A DNA stretch of 64,000 nucleotides from Angustibacter luteus (GCF_039541115.1 NZ_BAABFP010000005.1:372001-436000); one strand, 5' to 3'. Positions 16,488 to 27,195 are shown, numbered from the stretch's first letter. Made by a program: numbers and translations. Notes: a model not told the origin generated them from the sequence alone.

Positions 16488-17714
16488 GTGCTCGGCGTCG
16501 GGGGTGGCATCGCCGCCTATAAGGTCGCCCACCTGCTGCGCCTGCTCACCGAGAGCGGTCACGACGTCCGGGTGGTCCCGACCCGGGCCGCGCTGGAGTT
16601 CGTGGGGGAGCCGACCTGGGCCGCGCTGTCCGGCCAACCCGTGCACACCGACGTCTGGCAGGACGTGCACGAGGTGCCGCACGTCCGGCTCGGCCGCGAC
16701 GCTGACCTCGTGGTCGTCGCGCCGGCCACGGCCGACCTGCTGGCTCGTGCGGCGCACGGGCTGGCGGACGACCTGCTGACCAACACCCTGCTGACGGCCC
16801 GGTGCCCCGTCCTGATGGCCCCGGCGATGCACACCGAGATGTGGGAGCACCCGGCCACGCAGGCCAACGTCCTGACGCTGCGCGACCGTGGCGTCGTCGT
16901 GCTTGACCCGGCGTCCGGCCGCTTGACCGGCGCCGACACCGGGCCGGGTCGGCTGCCCGAGCCCGAGCAGATCTTCGCGGCCTGCCGGGCGCTGCTGGGG
17001 TCCAGCCCCGCCGTCGCCACCCCGCAGGACCTGGCCGGGCGCACCGTGCTGGTGAGCGCCGGTGGGACGCGTGAGCCGCTGGACCCGGTGCGGTTCCTGG
17101 GCAACCGGTCGTCCGGCAAGCAGGGTTACGCGCTCGCCGCCGTCGCGGCGTCCCGCGGCGCCGACGTCGTCCTGGTCAGCTCGTCGTCGTTGCCCGACCC
17201 GGCCGGCGTCCGGGTGGTCCGGGTCGAGACGGCTGAGCAGCTGCGCACGGCGGTGCTGGCCGAGGCGCCCTCGGCGGACGTGGTCGTGATGGCCGCCGCC
17301 GTGGCCGACTTCCGACCGGCCCGGTTCACCGACCACAAGATCAAGAAGTCCGACGACGGCGGGTCGCCCGTGATCGAGCTGGTCCGCAACCCGGACATCC
17401 TGGCCGAGCTGGCGGCGCACCGGACCCGCCCGGGCCAGGTCGTGGTCGGTTTCGCGGCCGAGACCGGGGACGCGCAGGGCAGCGTGCTGGACCACGCGCG
17501 GGCCAAGCTGGCGCGCAAGGGCTGCGACCTCCTGGTGGTCAACGAGGTCGGCGTCGACAAGACCTTCGGGTCGGACGACAACACGGTCGTGGTGCTGGAC
17601 GCAGCCGGCGGCGAGCGGCCCGTCGAGCACGCGCTCGACCCCGGAACCAAGACCGAGGTCGCGGCCGGTGTCTGGAATGTGGTCACCCGCCGTCTCGCTG
17701 CGCGGGCGGGCTAG
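16488..17714 (+). CDS. coaBC: Phosphopantothenoylcysteine decarboxylase/ligase; start uncertain, possibly CTG at 16458
   Basis: GGGIAAYK, APATAD, PAMHTEMW, GGTREPLDPVRFLGNRSSGKQG, GFAAET. Confidence 0.95.
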   Translation: MLGVGGGIAAYKVAHLLRLLTESGHDVRVVPTRAALEFVGEPTWAALSGQPVHTDVWQDVHEVPHVRLGRDADLVVVAPATADLLARAAHGLADDLLTNTLLTARCPVLMAPAMHTEMWEHPATQANVLTLRDRGVVVLDPASGRLTGADTGPGRLPEPEQIFAACRALLGSSPAVATPQDLAGRTVLVSAGGTREPLDPVRFLGNRSSGKQGYALAAVAASRGADVVLVSSSSLPDPAGVRVVRVETAEQLRTAVLAEAPSADVVVMAAAVADFRPARFTDHKIKKSDDGGSPVIELVRNPDILAELAAHRTRPGQVVVGFAAETGDAQGSVLDHARAKLARKGCDLLVVNEVGVDKTFGSDDNTVVVLDAAGGERPVEHALDPGTKTEVAAGVWNVVTRRLAARAG

Positions 17715-17783
17715 ACTCATCGATCGCGGCCTCGACCGATGAGCCGCGCCAGCCAGCAGCCGCTGCATCCGAGGAGATTGCCT

Positions 17784-18989
17784 GTGTCGTCCTTGCGCTT
17801 GTTCACGTCCGAGTCCGTCACCGAGGGCCACCCGGACAAGATCTGTGACCAGATCAGCGACGCGATCCTGGACGCCATGCTCGCTGACGACCCGCGCAGC
17901 CGGGTCGCGGTCGAGACGATGGTCACGACGGGCCTCGTGCACGTCGCCGGGGAGGTGACGACGTCGTCCTACGTGGACATCCCCCGGATCGTGCGCGACA
18001 CCGTGCTGCGGATCGGCTACGACTCCTCCACCAAGGGCTTCGACGGCAACTCCTGCGGCGTCGAGGTCTCGATCGGCGCGCAGTCCCCGGACATCGCCCA
18101 GGGCGTCGACGACGCGTACGAGCGCCGCGCGGAGGGCACCATCGACCCGCTGGACGCCCAGGGCGCCGGCGACCAGGGCCTGATGTTCGGTTACGCCTGC
18201 ACCGACACCCCCGAGCTGATGCCGCTGCCGATCTTCCTGGCGCACCGGCTGGCCGAGCGGCTGACCGAGGTCCGCGTGTCCGGTGAGCTCGCCTACCTGC
18301 GCCCGGACGGCAAGACCCAGGTGACCATCGGCTACGAAGGCGACCGCGCGGTGCGGCTCGACACGGTCGTGCTGTCCACGCAGCACGCCGCGGACATCTC
18401 GCTGGAGGGCATGCTCACGCCCGACATCGAGGCCGACGTCGTCAAGCCGGTGCTGTCCCAGATCGACTTCGACCTGGACACCTCCTCGACCCGCCTGCTG
18501 GTCAATCCGACGGGCCGGTTCGAGATCGGCGGCCCGATGGGCGACGCGGGCCTGACCGGCCGCAAGATCATCGTCGACACCTACGGCGGCATGGCCCGGC
18601 ACGGCGGCGGCGCGTTCAGCGGCAAGGACCCGTCGAAGGTCGACCGCTCGGCCGCCTACGCGATGCGCTGGGTCGCCAAGAACGTGGTCGCGGCCGGCCT
18701 GGCGTCCCGCTGCGAGGCGCAGGTCGCCTACGCGATCGGCAAGGCGCACCCGGTGGGCCTGTACGTCGAGACGTTCGGCACCGAGCAGGTCGACCCGGCC
18801 GCGATCGGCAAGGCGATCAGCGAGGTCTTCGACCTGCGCCCCGCCGCGATCATCCGCGACCTCGACCTGCTGCGGCCGATCTACGCCCGCACCGCGGCCT
18901 ACGGCCACTTCGGTCGTACGGACGCCGACGGCTTCACCTGGGAGCGCACCGACCGGGTCGACGCGCTCAAGGCCGCCGTCGGCGCCTGA
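17784..18989 (+). CDS. metK: S-adenosylmethionine synthetase
   Basis: [36 protein letters not shown] before GTG 17784. Confidence 0.99.
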   Translation: MSSLRLFTSESVTEGHPDKICDQISDAILDAMLADDPRSRVAVETMVTTGLVHVAGEVTTSSYVDIPRIVRDTVLRIGYDSSTKGFDGNSCGVEVSIGAQSPDIAQGVDDAYERRAEGTIDPLDAQGAGDQGLMFGYACTDTPELMPLPIFLAHRLAERLTEVRVSGELAYLRPDGKTQVTIGYEGDRAVRLDTVVLSTQHAADISLEGMLTPDIEADVVKPVLSQIDFDLDTSSTRLLVNPTGRFEIGGPMGDAGLTGRKIIVDTYGGMARHGGGAFSGKDPSKVDRSAAYAMRWVAKNVVAAGLASRCEAQVAYAIGKAHPVGLYVETFGTEQVDPAAIGKAISEVFDLRPAAIIRDLDLLRPIYARTAAYGHFGRTDADGFTWERTDRVDALKAAVGA

Positions 18990-19007
18990 GCCCCGCTGGC
19001 CGCTGGG

Positions 19008-19421
19008 TCAGCCCTGCCCGGGGATCACGATCTCCTGGATCGCCCACGAGTTGCCGTCGGGGTCGCTGAAGTAGAGGAAGCGACCCCACGGCTGCTCGTC
19101 GACGTCACCGACCTCGATGCCCCGGGCGAGCAGCACCTCCCGCGCGGCGTCGGCGTCCCCGACGACCATCTGCAGACCCTGCTGGCTGCCCGGCTCCATC
19201 TGGGTGATGCCGATCCCGAGGCAGATCGAGCAGGCCGACCCCGGCGGGGTGAGCTGCACGAAACGCAGCCCCTCGTGCACGGTCTGGTCGTGGTCGGCGT
19301 TGAACCCGGCGCGCACGTAGAACTCCTTGGCGCGGTCCACGTCGGTGACCGGGACGGGGATCAGCTCGAGCCTCATCTGCAGCGCGCTCGTCGGGCCCGT
19401 CGTGGTGCTCGTGGTCGTCAT
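19008..19421 (-). CDS. VOC/glyoxalase family protein
   Basis: VPVTDVDRAKEFY, FVQLTPPGS, FSDPDGNSW. Confidence 0.9.
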   Translation of the reverse strand: MTTTSTTTGPTSALQMRLELIPVPVTDVDRAKEFYVRAGFNADHDQTVHEGLRFVQLTPPGSACSICLGIGITQMEPGSQQGLQMVVGDADAAREVLLARGIEVGDVDEQPWGRFLYFSDPDGNSWAIQEIVIPGQG

Positions 19422-19469
19422 GGTGCCTCCTCGGTCGTCGTTCTCGGCTGCTCTCCACGCTACGAGCCA

Positions 19470-19492
19470 TAGCGGTCAGGTTCTGTCCGCTA
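19470..19492. promoter_or_regulatory. Palindromic operator, probable binding site of the WYL regulator
   Basis: TAGCGGTCAG-gtt-CTGTCCGCTA, 10-bp arms with one mismatch, between the divergent VOC and WYL genes. Confidence 0.75.
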
Positions 19493-19512
19493 GCGGATCT
19501 AGTCTGGTCCGC

Positions 19513-20466
19513 ATGTCGACGAGCGCGCGGATGCTCGAGCTGCTGTCGCTGCTGCAGACGCACCGCTACTGGCCGGGTGCCGAGCTGGCGGGCCGGCTCG
19601 AGGTGAGCCCGCGCACCCTGCGCCGGGACGTCGAGCGGCTGCGCGACCTCGGCTACCCGGTTGATGCCGGGCGCGGCGTGGGCGGCGGCTACCAGCTCAG
19701 AGCGGGCGCGACGCTGCCCCCGATGCTGCTGGATGCCGACGAGGCCGTCGCCGTCGCCGTCGCGCTGCGCACCGCAGCAGCGGGTTCGGTGGCGGGCATC
19801 GACCAGGCCGCGCTCGGCGCACTGGCCAAGATCGTCCAGGTCATGCCCCCGCCGCTGCGCCGCCGGGTGGACGCGATCCAGGAGTACACCGTGCCGGCGG
19901 CCACGTCCGGCCCGGCCGTGCAGGCCGGGGACCTGACGGTGCTGGCCCAGGCCTGCCGGGACGGCGAGCGGGTCTCCTTCCAGTACCGGGCGCGCGAGCG
20001 TGAACCCGGCCCGAGGTCCGTCGACCCGCACCGCCTGGTGGCAGTGGGCCGGCGCTGGTACCTGCTCGGGTGGGACGTCGACCGGGCCGACTGGCGCACG
20101 TTCCGGCTGGACCGGCTCTCACGCAGTGCCCCGTCGGGCGCTCGCTTCCGTCCGCGGGCGATCCCGGGCGGCGACGCCGCCGAGTTCGTCCGGACCGCCA
20201 TCGCGTCGCGGCCCCGGCTGGACGTGCTGGTCGAGCTCGCCGCGCCGGCCGACCAGGTGCGGGCGGCGGTCGGTGGCTGGGGGACCCTCGAGCCGGTGGA
20301 CGACCAGACGTGCCGGCTGCACGTGCAGGCGGACTCCTTCGACTGGGTGGTGCTGCTGCTCGCCGTCACGGGTGCGGAGTTCACGGTGGTTCGTCCCGCC
20401 GAGCTCGTCGGGCACCTCGAGCACACGGCGCGGCGCCTGCTGCGGGGGACCGGCGGGGCGCGCTGA
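19513..20466 (+). CDS. YafY-family HTH-WYL-WCX transcriptional regulator
   Basis: ELAGRLEVSPRTLRRDVERLRDLGYPV; RRWYLLGWD...RTFRLDR; TAGTCT 7 nt before ATG. Confidence 0.92.
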   Translation: MSTSARMLELLSLLQTHRYWPGAELAGRLEVSPRTLRRDVERLRDLGYPVDAGRGVGGGYQLRAGATLPPMLLDADEAVAVAVALRTAAAGSVAGIDQAALGALAKIVQVMPPPLRRRVDAIQEYTVPAATSGPAVQAGDLTVLAQACRDGERVSFQYRAREREPGPRSVDPHRLVAVGRRWYLLGWDVDRADWRTFRLDRLSRSAPSGARFRPRAIPGGDAAEFVRTAIASRPRLDVLVELAAPADQVRAAVGGWGTLEPVDDQTCRLHVQADSFDWVVLLLAVTGAEFTVVRPAELVGHLEHTARRLLRGTGGAR

Positions 20467-20491
20467 CGGCGGTGTCGGGTAGGAATACCCC

Positions 20492-22612
20492 GTGACCACG
20501 GCGGAGCAGAGCGAGGGGGACGACCAGCTCGCCCTCGTTCCGGCTCCGCGGGCCGCGGCCAGGGCGGCCGCTCGCAAGCGGGCCGCCAAGCCACCACCCG
20601 GCCTGGCGGAGGTCGACCCGGTGGCGGAGGTCGTGGTCGACGTCCCGCTGGCGCACCTGGACCGGCGGTTCGAGTACTCCGTCCCGGCGCCGCTCGCCGA
20701 CACGGCCGTGCCCGGTGCGCGGGTCAAGGTCCGCTTCGCCGGGCAGGACCTGGACGGCTTCGTCGTGGTGCGCAAGCCGGCTGCGGAGCACGCGGGACGG
20801 CTCAGCCCCCTGCGGCGCGTCGTCTCACCCGAGCCGGTGCTCGGCGAGCAGCTGCTGTGGCTGTGCCGGGCGGTCGCGGACCGCTGGGCCGGCACGCTCG
20901 GCGACGTCCTGAGACTGGCCGTCCCGCCGCGGCACGCGCAGGCGGAGGCCGAGGAGTCGGCGCCGGCCGTTCGCGCCGCTCCGGCTCCGGTGCCGGACCC
21001 GACCGTGTGGTCCCGCTACGCCGGTGGCAGCGCGTTCCTCGACCGGGTCGCGTCGGGCGCCGCGCCGCGGGCGGCGTGGACCGCCACCCCGTCGGCCGGC
21101 GAGGACGCGCTGGACTGGCCGCACGCGATCGCGGTCGCCGCGGCGACCGCCGCGGCCGCGGGCCGTGGTGCCCTGGTCGTGCTCCCGGACACCCGCGACG
21201 TCGCGCGGGTGGACCATGCCCTGCGGGCCGTGGACCCTGCCAGCGACCACGTCGTGCTGACCGCCGACCTCGGGCCGAAGGTTCGCTACCGGGCCTGGCT
21301 GCGCGCCGCTCGTGGGCACGCCCGGGTCGTGGTCGGGACGCGCGCGGCGATGTTCGCGCCGGTGCAGGACCTCGGACTGGTGGTCTGCTGGGACGACGGT
21401 GACGACCTGCACGCTGAGCCGCACGCGCCGTACCCGCACGTGCGCGAGGTGCTCGCGCTGCGGGCCGGCCAGGACTCCGCCGCCGCGCTGTTCGGGGGGT
21501 TCGTCCGGACCGCCGAGGTCGAGCGGATGGTGCGGGCCGGCTGGGCCCGACCGATCGAGGTGGGCGCGACCGAGCTGCGCCGGGCGGCCCCGCGGGTGCT
21601 GCTGGCCGGCGAGGGCCACGAACCCGAGCGCGACCCCGGCGCCGCGTCGGCCCGCCTGCCGTCCATCGCCTGGCGGACGGCGTCCGCGGCCCTGGCGACC
21701 TCCCCGGTGCTGGTCCAGGTGCCGCGCCGCGGCTACGTGCCGGCACTGGCCTGCCAGAGCTGTCGGACGCCGGCGCACTGCCGTTCCTGCCACGGGCCGT
21801 TGGCGTTGCCCGACGGCCAGGGCGCGCCACGCTGCCGGTGGTGCGGCGTCAGCGACCCGAGCTGGACCTGCCCGGAGTGCGGCGAGCGGCGGCTGCGCTC
21901 AGTCGTGGTCGGTGCCCGACGGACTGCGGAGGAGCTGGGGCGCGCCTTCCCGGGGGTCCCGGTGGTCACCAGCGGCGGGGGTGCCGTGGTCGCCCAGGTG
22001 CCGGACCGCCCGGCCCTGGTCATCGCCACCCCGGGCGCCGAGCCGGTCGCCCACGGCGGCTACGGCGCGGCGCTGCTGCTCGACCCGTGGGCGCTGCTGG
22101 GCCGCAGCGACCTGCGCGCGTCGGAGGAGGCGCTGCGGCGCTGGGTGAACGCCGCTGCGCTGGTCCGCAGCAGCGACCGGGGTGGGGTCGTCGTCCTGGG
22201 TGGGCCGGGTGGGCTGCCCCCGGTCGAGGCGCTGGTCCGCTGGGCGCCGACCTGGCACAGCGCGCGCGAGCTGGAGGCGCGGCAGTCCCTCGGCTTCCCG
22301 CCGGCCCGCACGGTGGCCACGCTCACCGGTCCGGCGTCCGCCGTCGAGGACCTGGTCGTCTCGGCCCAGCTGGGTCCGGACGTCGAGGTGCTGGGCCCCG
22401 TCGCGATCCCGGCCCAGGTGGGAGGCCGCCCCGGTCGGGCCGCCGGCCGGGTCTCGGACGTCGACGAACCGGTGGTGCGCATCCTCTTGCGGACCACGCC
22501 GTCGCAGCGCGAGGCGCTGAGCTCGGCGCTGCGCGCCTCCGCGGCGGTCCGCAGCGCCGCCAAGCGGGCCGGCAGCGTCCGGGTCCAGGTCGACCCGCTG
22601 GACCTGGTGTAG
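20492..22612 (+). CDS. priA: Primosomal protein N'
   Basis: N-terminal 3'-binding domain (HLDRRFEY...V.VRFAG), VGTRAAMFAP, PRRGY, four CxxC pairs, RVQVDP end. Confidence 0.93.
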   Translation: MTTAEQSEGDDQLALVPAPRAAARAAARKRAAKPPPGLAEVDPVAEVVVDVPLAHLDRRFEYSVPAPLADTAVPGARVKVRFAGQDLDGFVVVRKPAAEHAGRLSPLRRVVSPEPVLGEQLLWLCRAVADRWAGTLGDVLRLAVPPRHAQAEAEESAPAVRAAPAPVPDPTVWSRYAGGSAFLDRVASGAAPRAAWTATPSAGEDALDWPHAIAVAAATAAAAGRGALVVLPDTRDVARVDHALRAVDPASDHVVLTADLGPKVRYRAWLRAARGHARVVVGTRAAMFAPVQDLGLVVCWDDGDDLHAEPHAPYPHVREVLALRAGQDSAAALFGGFVRTAEVERMVRAGWARPIEVGATELRRAAPRVLLAGEGHEPERDPGAASARLPSIAWRTASAALATSPVLVQVPRRGYVPALACQSCRTPAHCRSCHGPLALPDGQGAPRCRWCGVSDPSWTCPECGERRLRSVVVGARRTAEELGRAFPGVPVVTSGGGAVVAQVPDRPALVIATPGAEPVAHGGYGAALLLDPWALLGRSDLRASEEALRRWVNAAALVRSSDRGGVVVLGGPGGLPPVEALVRWAPTWHSARELEARQSLGFPPARTVATLTGPASAVEDLVVSAQLGPDVEVLGPVAIPAQVGGRPGRAAGRVSDVDEPVVRILLRTTPSQREALSSALRASAAVRSAAKRAGSVRVQVDPLDLV

Positions 22613-22620
22613 GCGGCCTC

Positions 22621-22662
22621 GCTACGGCTACGGCTACGGCAACGGCTGTGGCTACGGTTGCG
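22621..22662. repeat. Degenerate hexamer tandem repeat (GCTACG)n, about 7 units
   Basis: gctacg gctacg gctacg gcaacg gctgtg gctacg gttgcg. Confidence 0.6.
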
Positions 22663-22873
22663 GCACGGGCGGGGTCGGGCAGACCATCCGGCGCCGCCCG
22701 GCGTCCTGGGTCCAGGTGTGGGCCGACATCGGCGAGCCGCACACCGGGCAGGCGAACTCGGGGTCGGCGGCTGCCGTCGGCTCCTGGCTGGCCGGTCCCA
22801 GCTCCGCGGGGCCGAGGAACCGGAACAGGAAGGCGTACACCCGGGCCCCGAACCACGGTCGCTCCTGCGTCAC
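22652..22873 (-). CDS. Small (73 aa) putative metal-binding protein
   Basis: GAGGAG SD before GTG; CPVCGSPMSAH...C motif; fills the priA-def gap. Confidence 0.65.
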   Translation of the reverse strand: MTQERPWFGARVYAFLFRFLGPAELGPASQEPTAAADPEFACPVCGSPMSAHTWTQDAGRRRMVCPTPPVPQP

Positions 22874-23010
22874 CTGTCGCTCCTCGACCTGGGCGGGTCC
22901 GCGACCCGCGTCGGGTTCGAGTCTGTCACCGCCGCGCCCGTACACTGCCGGGTGGCGGAACGCAGGGTCCGCCGATGCCGACGTCGCCGACCAGACGAGG
23001 ACCGCCAGCC

Positions 23011-23556
23011 GTGTCGATCCAGGACATCCGCCTGTTCGGGGACCCCGTGCTGCGCACGCCCGCGCTCGAGGTCATCGACTTCGACAAGGAGCTGCGCCAG
23101 CTCGTCAAGGACCTCACCGACACCATGTGCGACGCCCCCGGCGTCGGCCTGGCCGCCCCGCAGATCGGCGTCGGGCTGCGCGTCTTCACGTACTGGGTGG
23201 ACGACGAGCTCGGCCACCTGGTCAACCCCAGCCTGGACCTGTCCTCGGAGCAGCAGGACGGCGACGAGGGCTGCCTGTCCTTGCCCGGCCTGGCGTTCGA
23301 CACCCCCCGGGCGCTGCGCGTCGTGGCCAAGGGCCAGAACATGCACGGCGAGCCGGTGGTGATCGAGGGCTCCGAGCTGCTCGCCCGGTGCATCCAGCAC
23401 GAGACCGACCACCTGGACGGCATCCTGTTCATCGACCGGCTCGACCGCGAGCAGCGCAAGATGGCCATGAAGGCGATCCGGGACGCCGACTGGGCCGGTC
23501 TGTCCGCGCCCGTGCTCAAGGTGAGCCCGCACGCCACCTTCGGCAAGGCGCTGTAG
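23011..23556 (+). CDS. def: Peptide deformylase
   Basis: [24 protein letters not shown]. Confidence 0.98.
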   Translation: MSIQDIRLFGDPVLRTPALEVIDFDKELRQLVKDLTDTMCDAPGVGLAAPQIGVGLRVFTYWVDDELGHLVNPSLDLSSEQQDGDEGCLSLPGLAFDTPRALRVVAKGQNMHGEPVVIEGSELLARCIQHETDHLDGILFIDRLDREQRKMAMKAIRDADWAGLSAPVLKVSPHATFGKAL

Positions 23557-23560
23557 GCGC

Positions 23561-24508
23561 GTGCGCCTCGTCTTCGCGGGCACCCCGGACGCCGCCGTCC
23601 CGGCCCTGCGCGCCGTGCTGGCGTCGTCCCACGAGGTGGTCGCCGTGGTCACTCGGCCCGACGCCCCCGCCGGTCGCGGTCGCCGGCTCGCCGCGTCCCC
23701 GGTGGGCGAGCTCGCCGCCGAGGCCGGCCTCGAGGTGCTCAAGCCGCAGCGGCCGCGCGAGCCCGAGTTCCTGGCCCGGCTCACCGAGCTCGCGCCCGAC
23801 TGCTGCCCGGTCGTCGCCTACGGCGCCCTGCTGCCGCAGCCGGTGCTGGACGTCCCGCGGCACGGCTGGGTGAACCTGCACTTCTCGCTGCTACCGGCGT
23901 GGCGAGGCGCGGCACCGGTGCAGCGGGCGCTGATGGCCGGCGACCAGGTGACCGGCGCCAGCACCTTCCGGCTCGAGGCCGGGATGGACACCGGGCCGGT
24001 ATTCGGCGTGATGACCGAGACGGTGCGCCCCCGCGACACCAGCGGTGACCTGCTCGCCCGACTCGCCGAGGCCGGCGCGGGTCTGCTGGTCGCCACCCTG
24101 GACGCCATCGAGGAGGGGACCGTCAACCCGCAGCCGCAGCCGGCCGAGGGCGTCAGCCTCGCCCCCAAGGTCGAGGTCGCCGACGCCCAGGTGGACTGGA
24201 CGGCCCCGGCGAGCCGCGTGGACCGGCTGGTCCGGGCGTGCACCCCGGCCCCCGGCGCCTGGACGACGTTCGGCGGCGAGCGCCTCAAGCTCGGCCCGGT
24301 CGAGCCGGTGAGCGTCGCCGACGACGGCCCGCTGGCCGCGGGAGTGCTTCAGGTCACCCGCCGTGACGTCCTGGTGGGTACCGGCTCGACGCCGGTCCGG
24401 CTGGGCAGCGTGCAACCCCCGGGCAAGCGCCCCATGGCGGCCGCGGACTGGGCGCGCGGCGCCCGGCTGGAGTCCGGCCGGCAGCTCGGGCCCGAGGCCG
24501 ACCGGTGA
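23561..24508 (+). CDS. fmt: Methionyl-tRNA formyltransferase
   Basis: [29 protein letters not shown]. Confidence 0.97.
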   Translation: MRLVFAGTPDAAVPALRAVLASSHEVVAVVTRPDAPAGRGRRLAASPVGELAAEAGLEVLKPQRPREPEFLARLTELAPDCCPVVAYGALLPQPVLDVPRHGWVNLHFSLLPAWRGAAPVQRALMAGDQVTGASTFRLEAGMDTGPVFGVMTETVRPRDTSGDLLARLAEAGAGLLVATLDAIEEGTVNPQPQPAEGVSLAPKVEVADAQVDWTAPASRVDRLVRACTPAPGAWTTFGGERLKLGPVEPVSVADDGPLAAGVLQVTRRDVLVGTGSTPVRLGSVQPPGKRPMAAADWARGARLESGRQLGPEADR

Positions 24509-25932
24509 CGCCGCCGCCGCGCCGCCGCTCGGCCCAGCGGCCCGCCGAACGCGCTCGGCGCGCCGACCCGGCCCGCCAGGCCGCGTTCGACACGCTGCGG
24601 GCCGTGGCCACCGAGGACGCCTACGCCAACCTGGTGCTGCCGGGCCTGCTGCGGGAGCGCCGGATCACCGGACGGGACGCCGGCTTCGCCACCGAGCTCG
24701 CCTACGGCACCCTGCGGATGCAGGGCCTGTACGACGCCGTGCTGGCCGAGTGCTGCACCCGCCCGCTGGACGAGCTGGACGACGGGCTGCTGGACGCTCT
24801 GCGGCTCGGCGCGCACCAGCTGCTGGGCATGCGCGTCCCCCCGCACGCCGCCGTCAGCGAGACGGTCGCACTGGTCCGCCACCAGGTCGGTCACGGTCCC
24901 GGCGGCCTGGCCAACGCCGTCCTGCGCAGGGTCGGCGAGCGCGACGTCGACGCCTGGGTCGCGCAGCTCGCGCCCGACGCGGCGACGGACCCGCAGGGGC
25001 ACCTGGCGCTCGCGCACAGCCACCCGCTGTGGGTGGTCCGGGCCTTCCGTGAGGCACTGGCCGGGCGCGGGGTGCCGGCCGAGCGGCTGGACGACGAGCT
25101 CGCCGACCTGCTCGCCGCGGACAACGCCGCGCCCGAGGTCACCCTGGTGGCCCGGCCCGGCCTGACTGAGCCGGAGGAGCTGCTGGCCGCCGGCGGCACG
25201 GCGGGTCGCTGGTCGCCGTACGCCGTGCGCTGGCCGGCCGGGGACCCCGGGCAGCTCGCTGCGGTCCGCGAGGGCCGGGCCGGCGTGCAGGACGAGGGCA
25301 GCCAGCTGGTCGCGCTCGCCTTGGCCGATGCCCCGCTCGACGGACGCGATGAGCGCTGGCTCGACCTGTGCGCGGGGCCGGGCGGCAAGGCCGCGCTGCT
25401 CGGGGCGCTCGGTGCCCGTCGGGGTGCGTCGTTGACCGCGGTCGAGCTGGCCCCGCACCGAGCGGACCTGGTCCGGCACGCGGTGGCCGCGTTGGGAGAC
25501 GCCGTCGACGTGCGGGCCGCCGACGGGCGCGCCCTCGGTGAGCAGGAGCCGGCGGCGTACGACCGGGTGCTGGTCGACGTCCCGTGCAGCGGGCTCGGTG
25601 CGCTGCGCCGCCGGGCCGAGGCGCGCTGGCGCCGGACCCCGGCCGACCTGGCCACGCTCGCGCCGCTGCAGCGAGCCTTGCTGGCGAGCGCGCTGGACGC
25701 CGTTCGGCCCGGTGGCGTCGTCGCCTACGTCACCTGCTCGCCGCACGTCGCGGAGACCCGCCTCGTGGTCGACGACGTCCTGCGCACGCGTCCCGACGTC
25801 GAGCTGCTGGACGCGGTGCCGCTGGTCGACGCACCGGACACCTCAACGCTCGAGGGCTCCGGGACCGTCCAGCTGTGGCCGCACCGGCACGGCACCGACG
25901 CGATGTTCCTCGCGCTGCTCCGCCGCCGCTGA
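24505..25932 (+). CDS. rsmB: 16S rRNA m5C967 methyltransferase (RsmB/Sun)
   Basis: NusB-like N-terminal domain; [27 protein letters not shown]. Confidence 0.94.
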   Translation: MTPPPRRRSAQRPAERARRADPARQAAFDTLRAVATEDAYANLVLPGLLRERRITGRDAGFATELAYGTLRMQGLYDAVLAECCTRPLDELDDGLLDALRLGAHQLLGMRVPPHAAVSETVALVRHQVGHGPGGLANAVLRRVGERDVDAWVAQLAPDAATDPQGHLALAHSHPLWVVRAFREALAGRGVPAERLDDELADLLAADNAAPEVTLVARPGLTEPEELLAAGGTAGRWSPYAVRWPAGDPGQLAAVREGRAGVQDEGSQLVALALADAPLDGRDERWLDLCAGPGGKAALLGALGARRGASLTAVELAPHRADLVRHAVAALGDAVDVRAADGRALGEQEPAAYDRVLVDVPCSGLGALRRRAEARWRRTPADLATLAPLQRALLASALDAVRPGGVVAYVTCSPHVAETRLVVDDVLRTRPDVELLDAVPLVDAPDTSTLEGSGTVQLWPHRHGTDAMFLALLRRR

Positions 25933-27195
25933 GGCCTCGTCGTCCGGCCGGGGCTGGTCGTCCGGCACCCAGACGGTGCTGGCCAGGACGCCGAACAGCA
26001 GGTACCCGACGCCCTGCCAGGCGATCACGGCGATGATGCCGGCCGTCCCGCCGACCAGCGTCGGGAGCAGGCCGGCCGCGGCCGCGCCGACCAGCATGCC
26101 CGCCGACTGCAGGGCCAGCACGGTGCCCAGGACCCGCCCGCGGTGGGCGTCCAGGGTCGCGTGCTGCAGCAGCGTCGTGGCGCCGGCGACGACCGCGGCG
26201 CCGGGCAGGCCCACCACGATCATCAGCACCACGGCGGGTCCGACGTGCGCCCAGGCGATCGGGTACAGGAAGAGCGAGAGGTCGACCAGGCCGAACACCG
26301 CCGCGCCCCAGCCGAAGAGCCTCGCCGGGCGCAGCCGGTCGCCGTACCCGGCGACGAGCAGCCCACCCGCGATGCCCCCGATCGCCTGGACGCCGACGAC
26401 GAGTCCGTAGCCCTGCGGCCCGCCGTGCAGGACGTCGAGCACGAAGGGGGCGAACAATGTGCCCATGATCCCCTCGCCTACCGCGGTCACGACGGTGAAG
26501 GCGAGCAGGATGCGCAGGGTCCGGCTGCCGGCGGCGATCCGCAGACCGGCCCGCCACTCGTGCCACCACGGGACGCCGCCGACGACCTCCTCCGTGAGGG
26601 CCACCGGGTTGCCGCGCCCAGCGCCGCGCACCAGCACGACCAGCGTGGCGGCGGCCACGAAGCTCGCCACGTCCACCAGGGTCACTGCGACGATGCCGCC
26701 CCAGGCGGCGGCCACGCCGCCGAGCCCGGCGCCGACCAGCCGCGCGACGGACCCGGCCTGCGCGTTCAACGCGTTCGCGGACACGAGCCGCTCGGGGGGC
26801 ACCAGCAGGGGCACCAGCGCCTGCTCGGCGGGCACACTCAGCAGCTCGAGGACGGCCTGGACGCCGGCCACGGCGTACAGCAGCCACAGGGTGCCGCCGC
26901 CGTGCACCGCCAGCAGGGGGAGCAGGGTCACGGCGTGGGCCACGAGGGTCACGACCAGCACGCGCCGCCGGTCCCAGCGGTCCACCAGCACGCCAGCGGG
27001 GGAGGCCAGCAACATCTGCGGCACCACCGAGACGACGAGCATGCCGGCGGTCGCCACGGTGGACCCGGTCAGGTCGTAGACCAGGTACATGAGGCCGACG
27101 GTGAGCACGTAGTCACCCGTCCGGGACACGAGTCCGGCCGCGAGCAGCGCCCGGTAGTCCCGGTGCTCCACCAGCAGCCGCCAGATCGCTCTCAC
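25843..27195 (-). CDS. MFS transporter (H+ antiporter / MFS_3-like)
   Basis: GVLVDRWDRRR motif A; about 12 hydrophobic segments; AAGGAG SD. Confidence 0.9.
   Translation of the reverse strand: MRAIWRLLVEHRDYRALLAAGLVSRTGDYVLTVGLMYLVYDLTGSTVATAGMLVVSVVPQMLLASPAGVLVDRWDRRRVLVVTLVAHAVTLLPLLAVHGGGTLWLLYAVAGVQAVLELLSVPAEQALVPLLVPPERLVSANALNAQAGSVARLVGAGLGGVAAAWGGIVAVTLVDVASFVAAATLVVLVRGAGRGNPVALTEEVVGGVPWWHEWRAGLRIAAGSRTLRILLAFTVVTAVGEGIMGTLFAPFVLDVLHGGPQGYGLVVGVQAIGGIAGGLLVAGYGDRLRPARLFGWGAAVFGLVDLSLFLYPIAWAHVGPAVVLMIVVGLPGAAVVAGATTLLQHATLDAHRGRVLGTVLALQSAGMLVGAAAAGLLPTLVGGTAGIIAVIAWQGVGYLLFGVLASTVWVPDDQPRPDDEASAAAEQREEHRVGAVPVRPQLDGPGALER

Noticed and set aside
22621..22662. CRISPR-like or mobile repeat
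   Set aside because: Only a short hexamer microsatellite; no spacers or cas genes.
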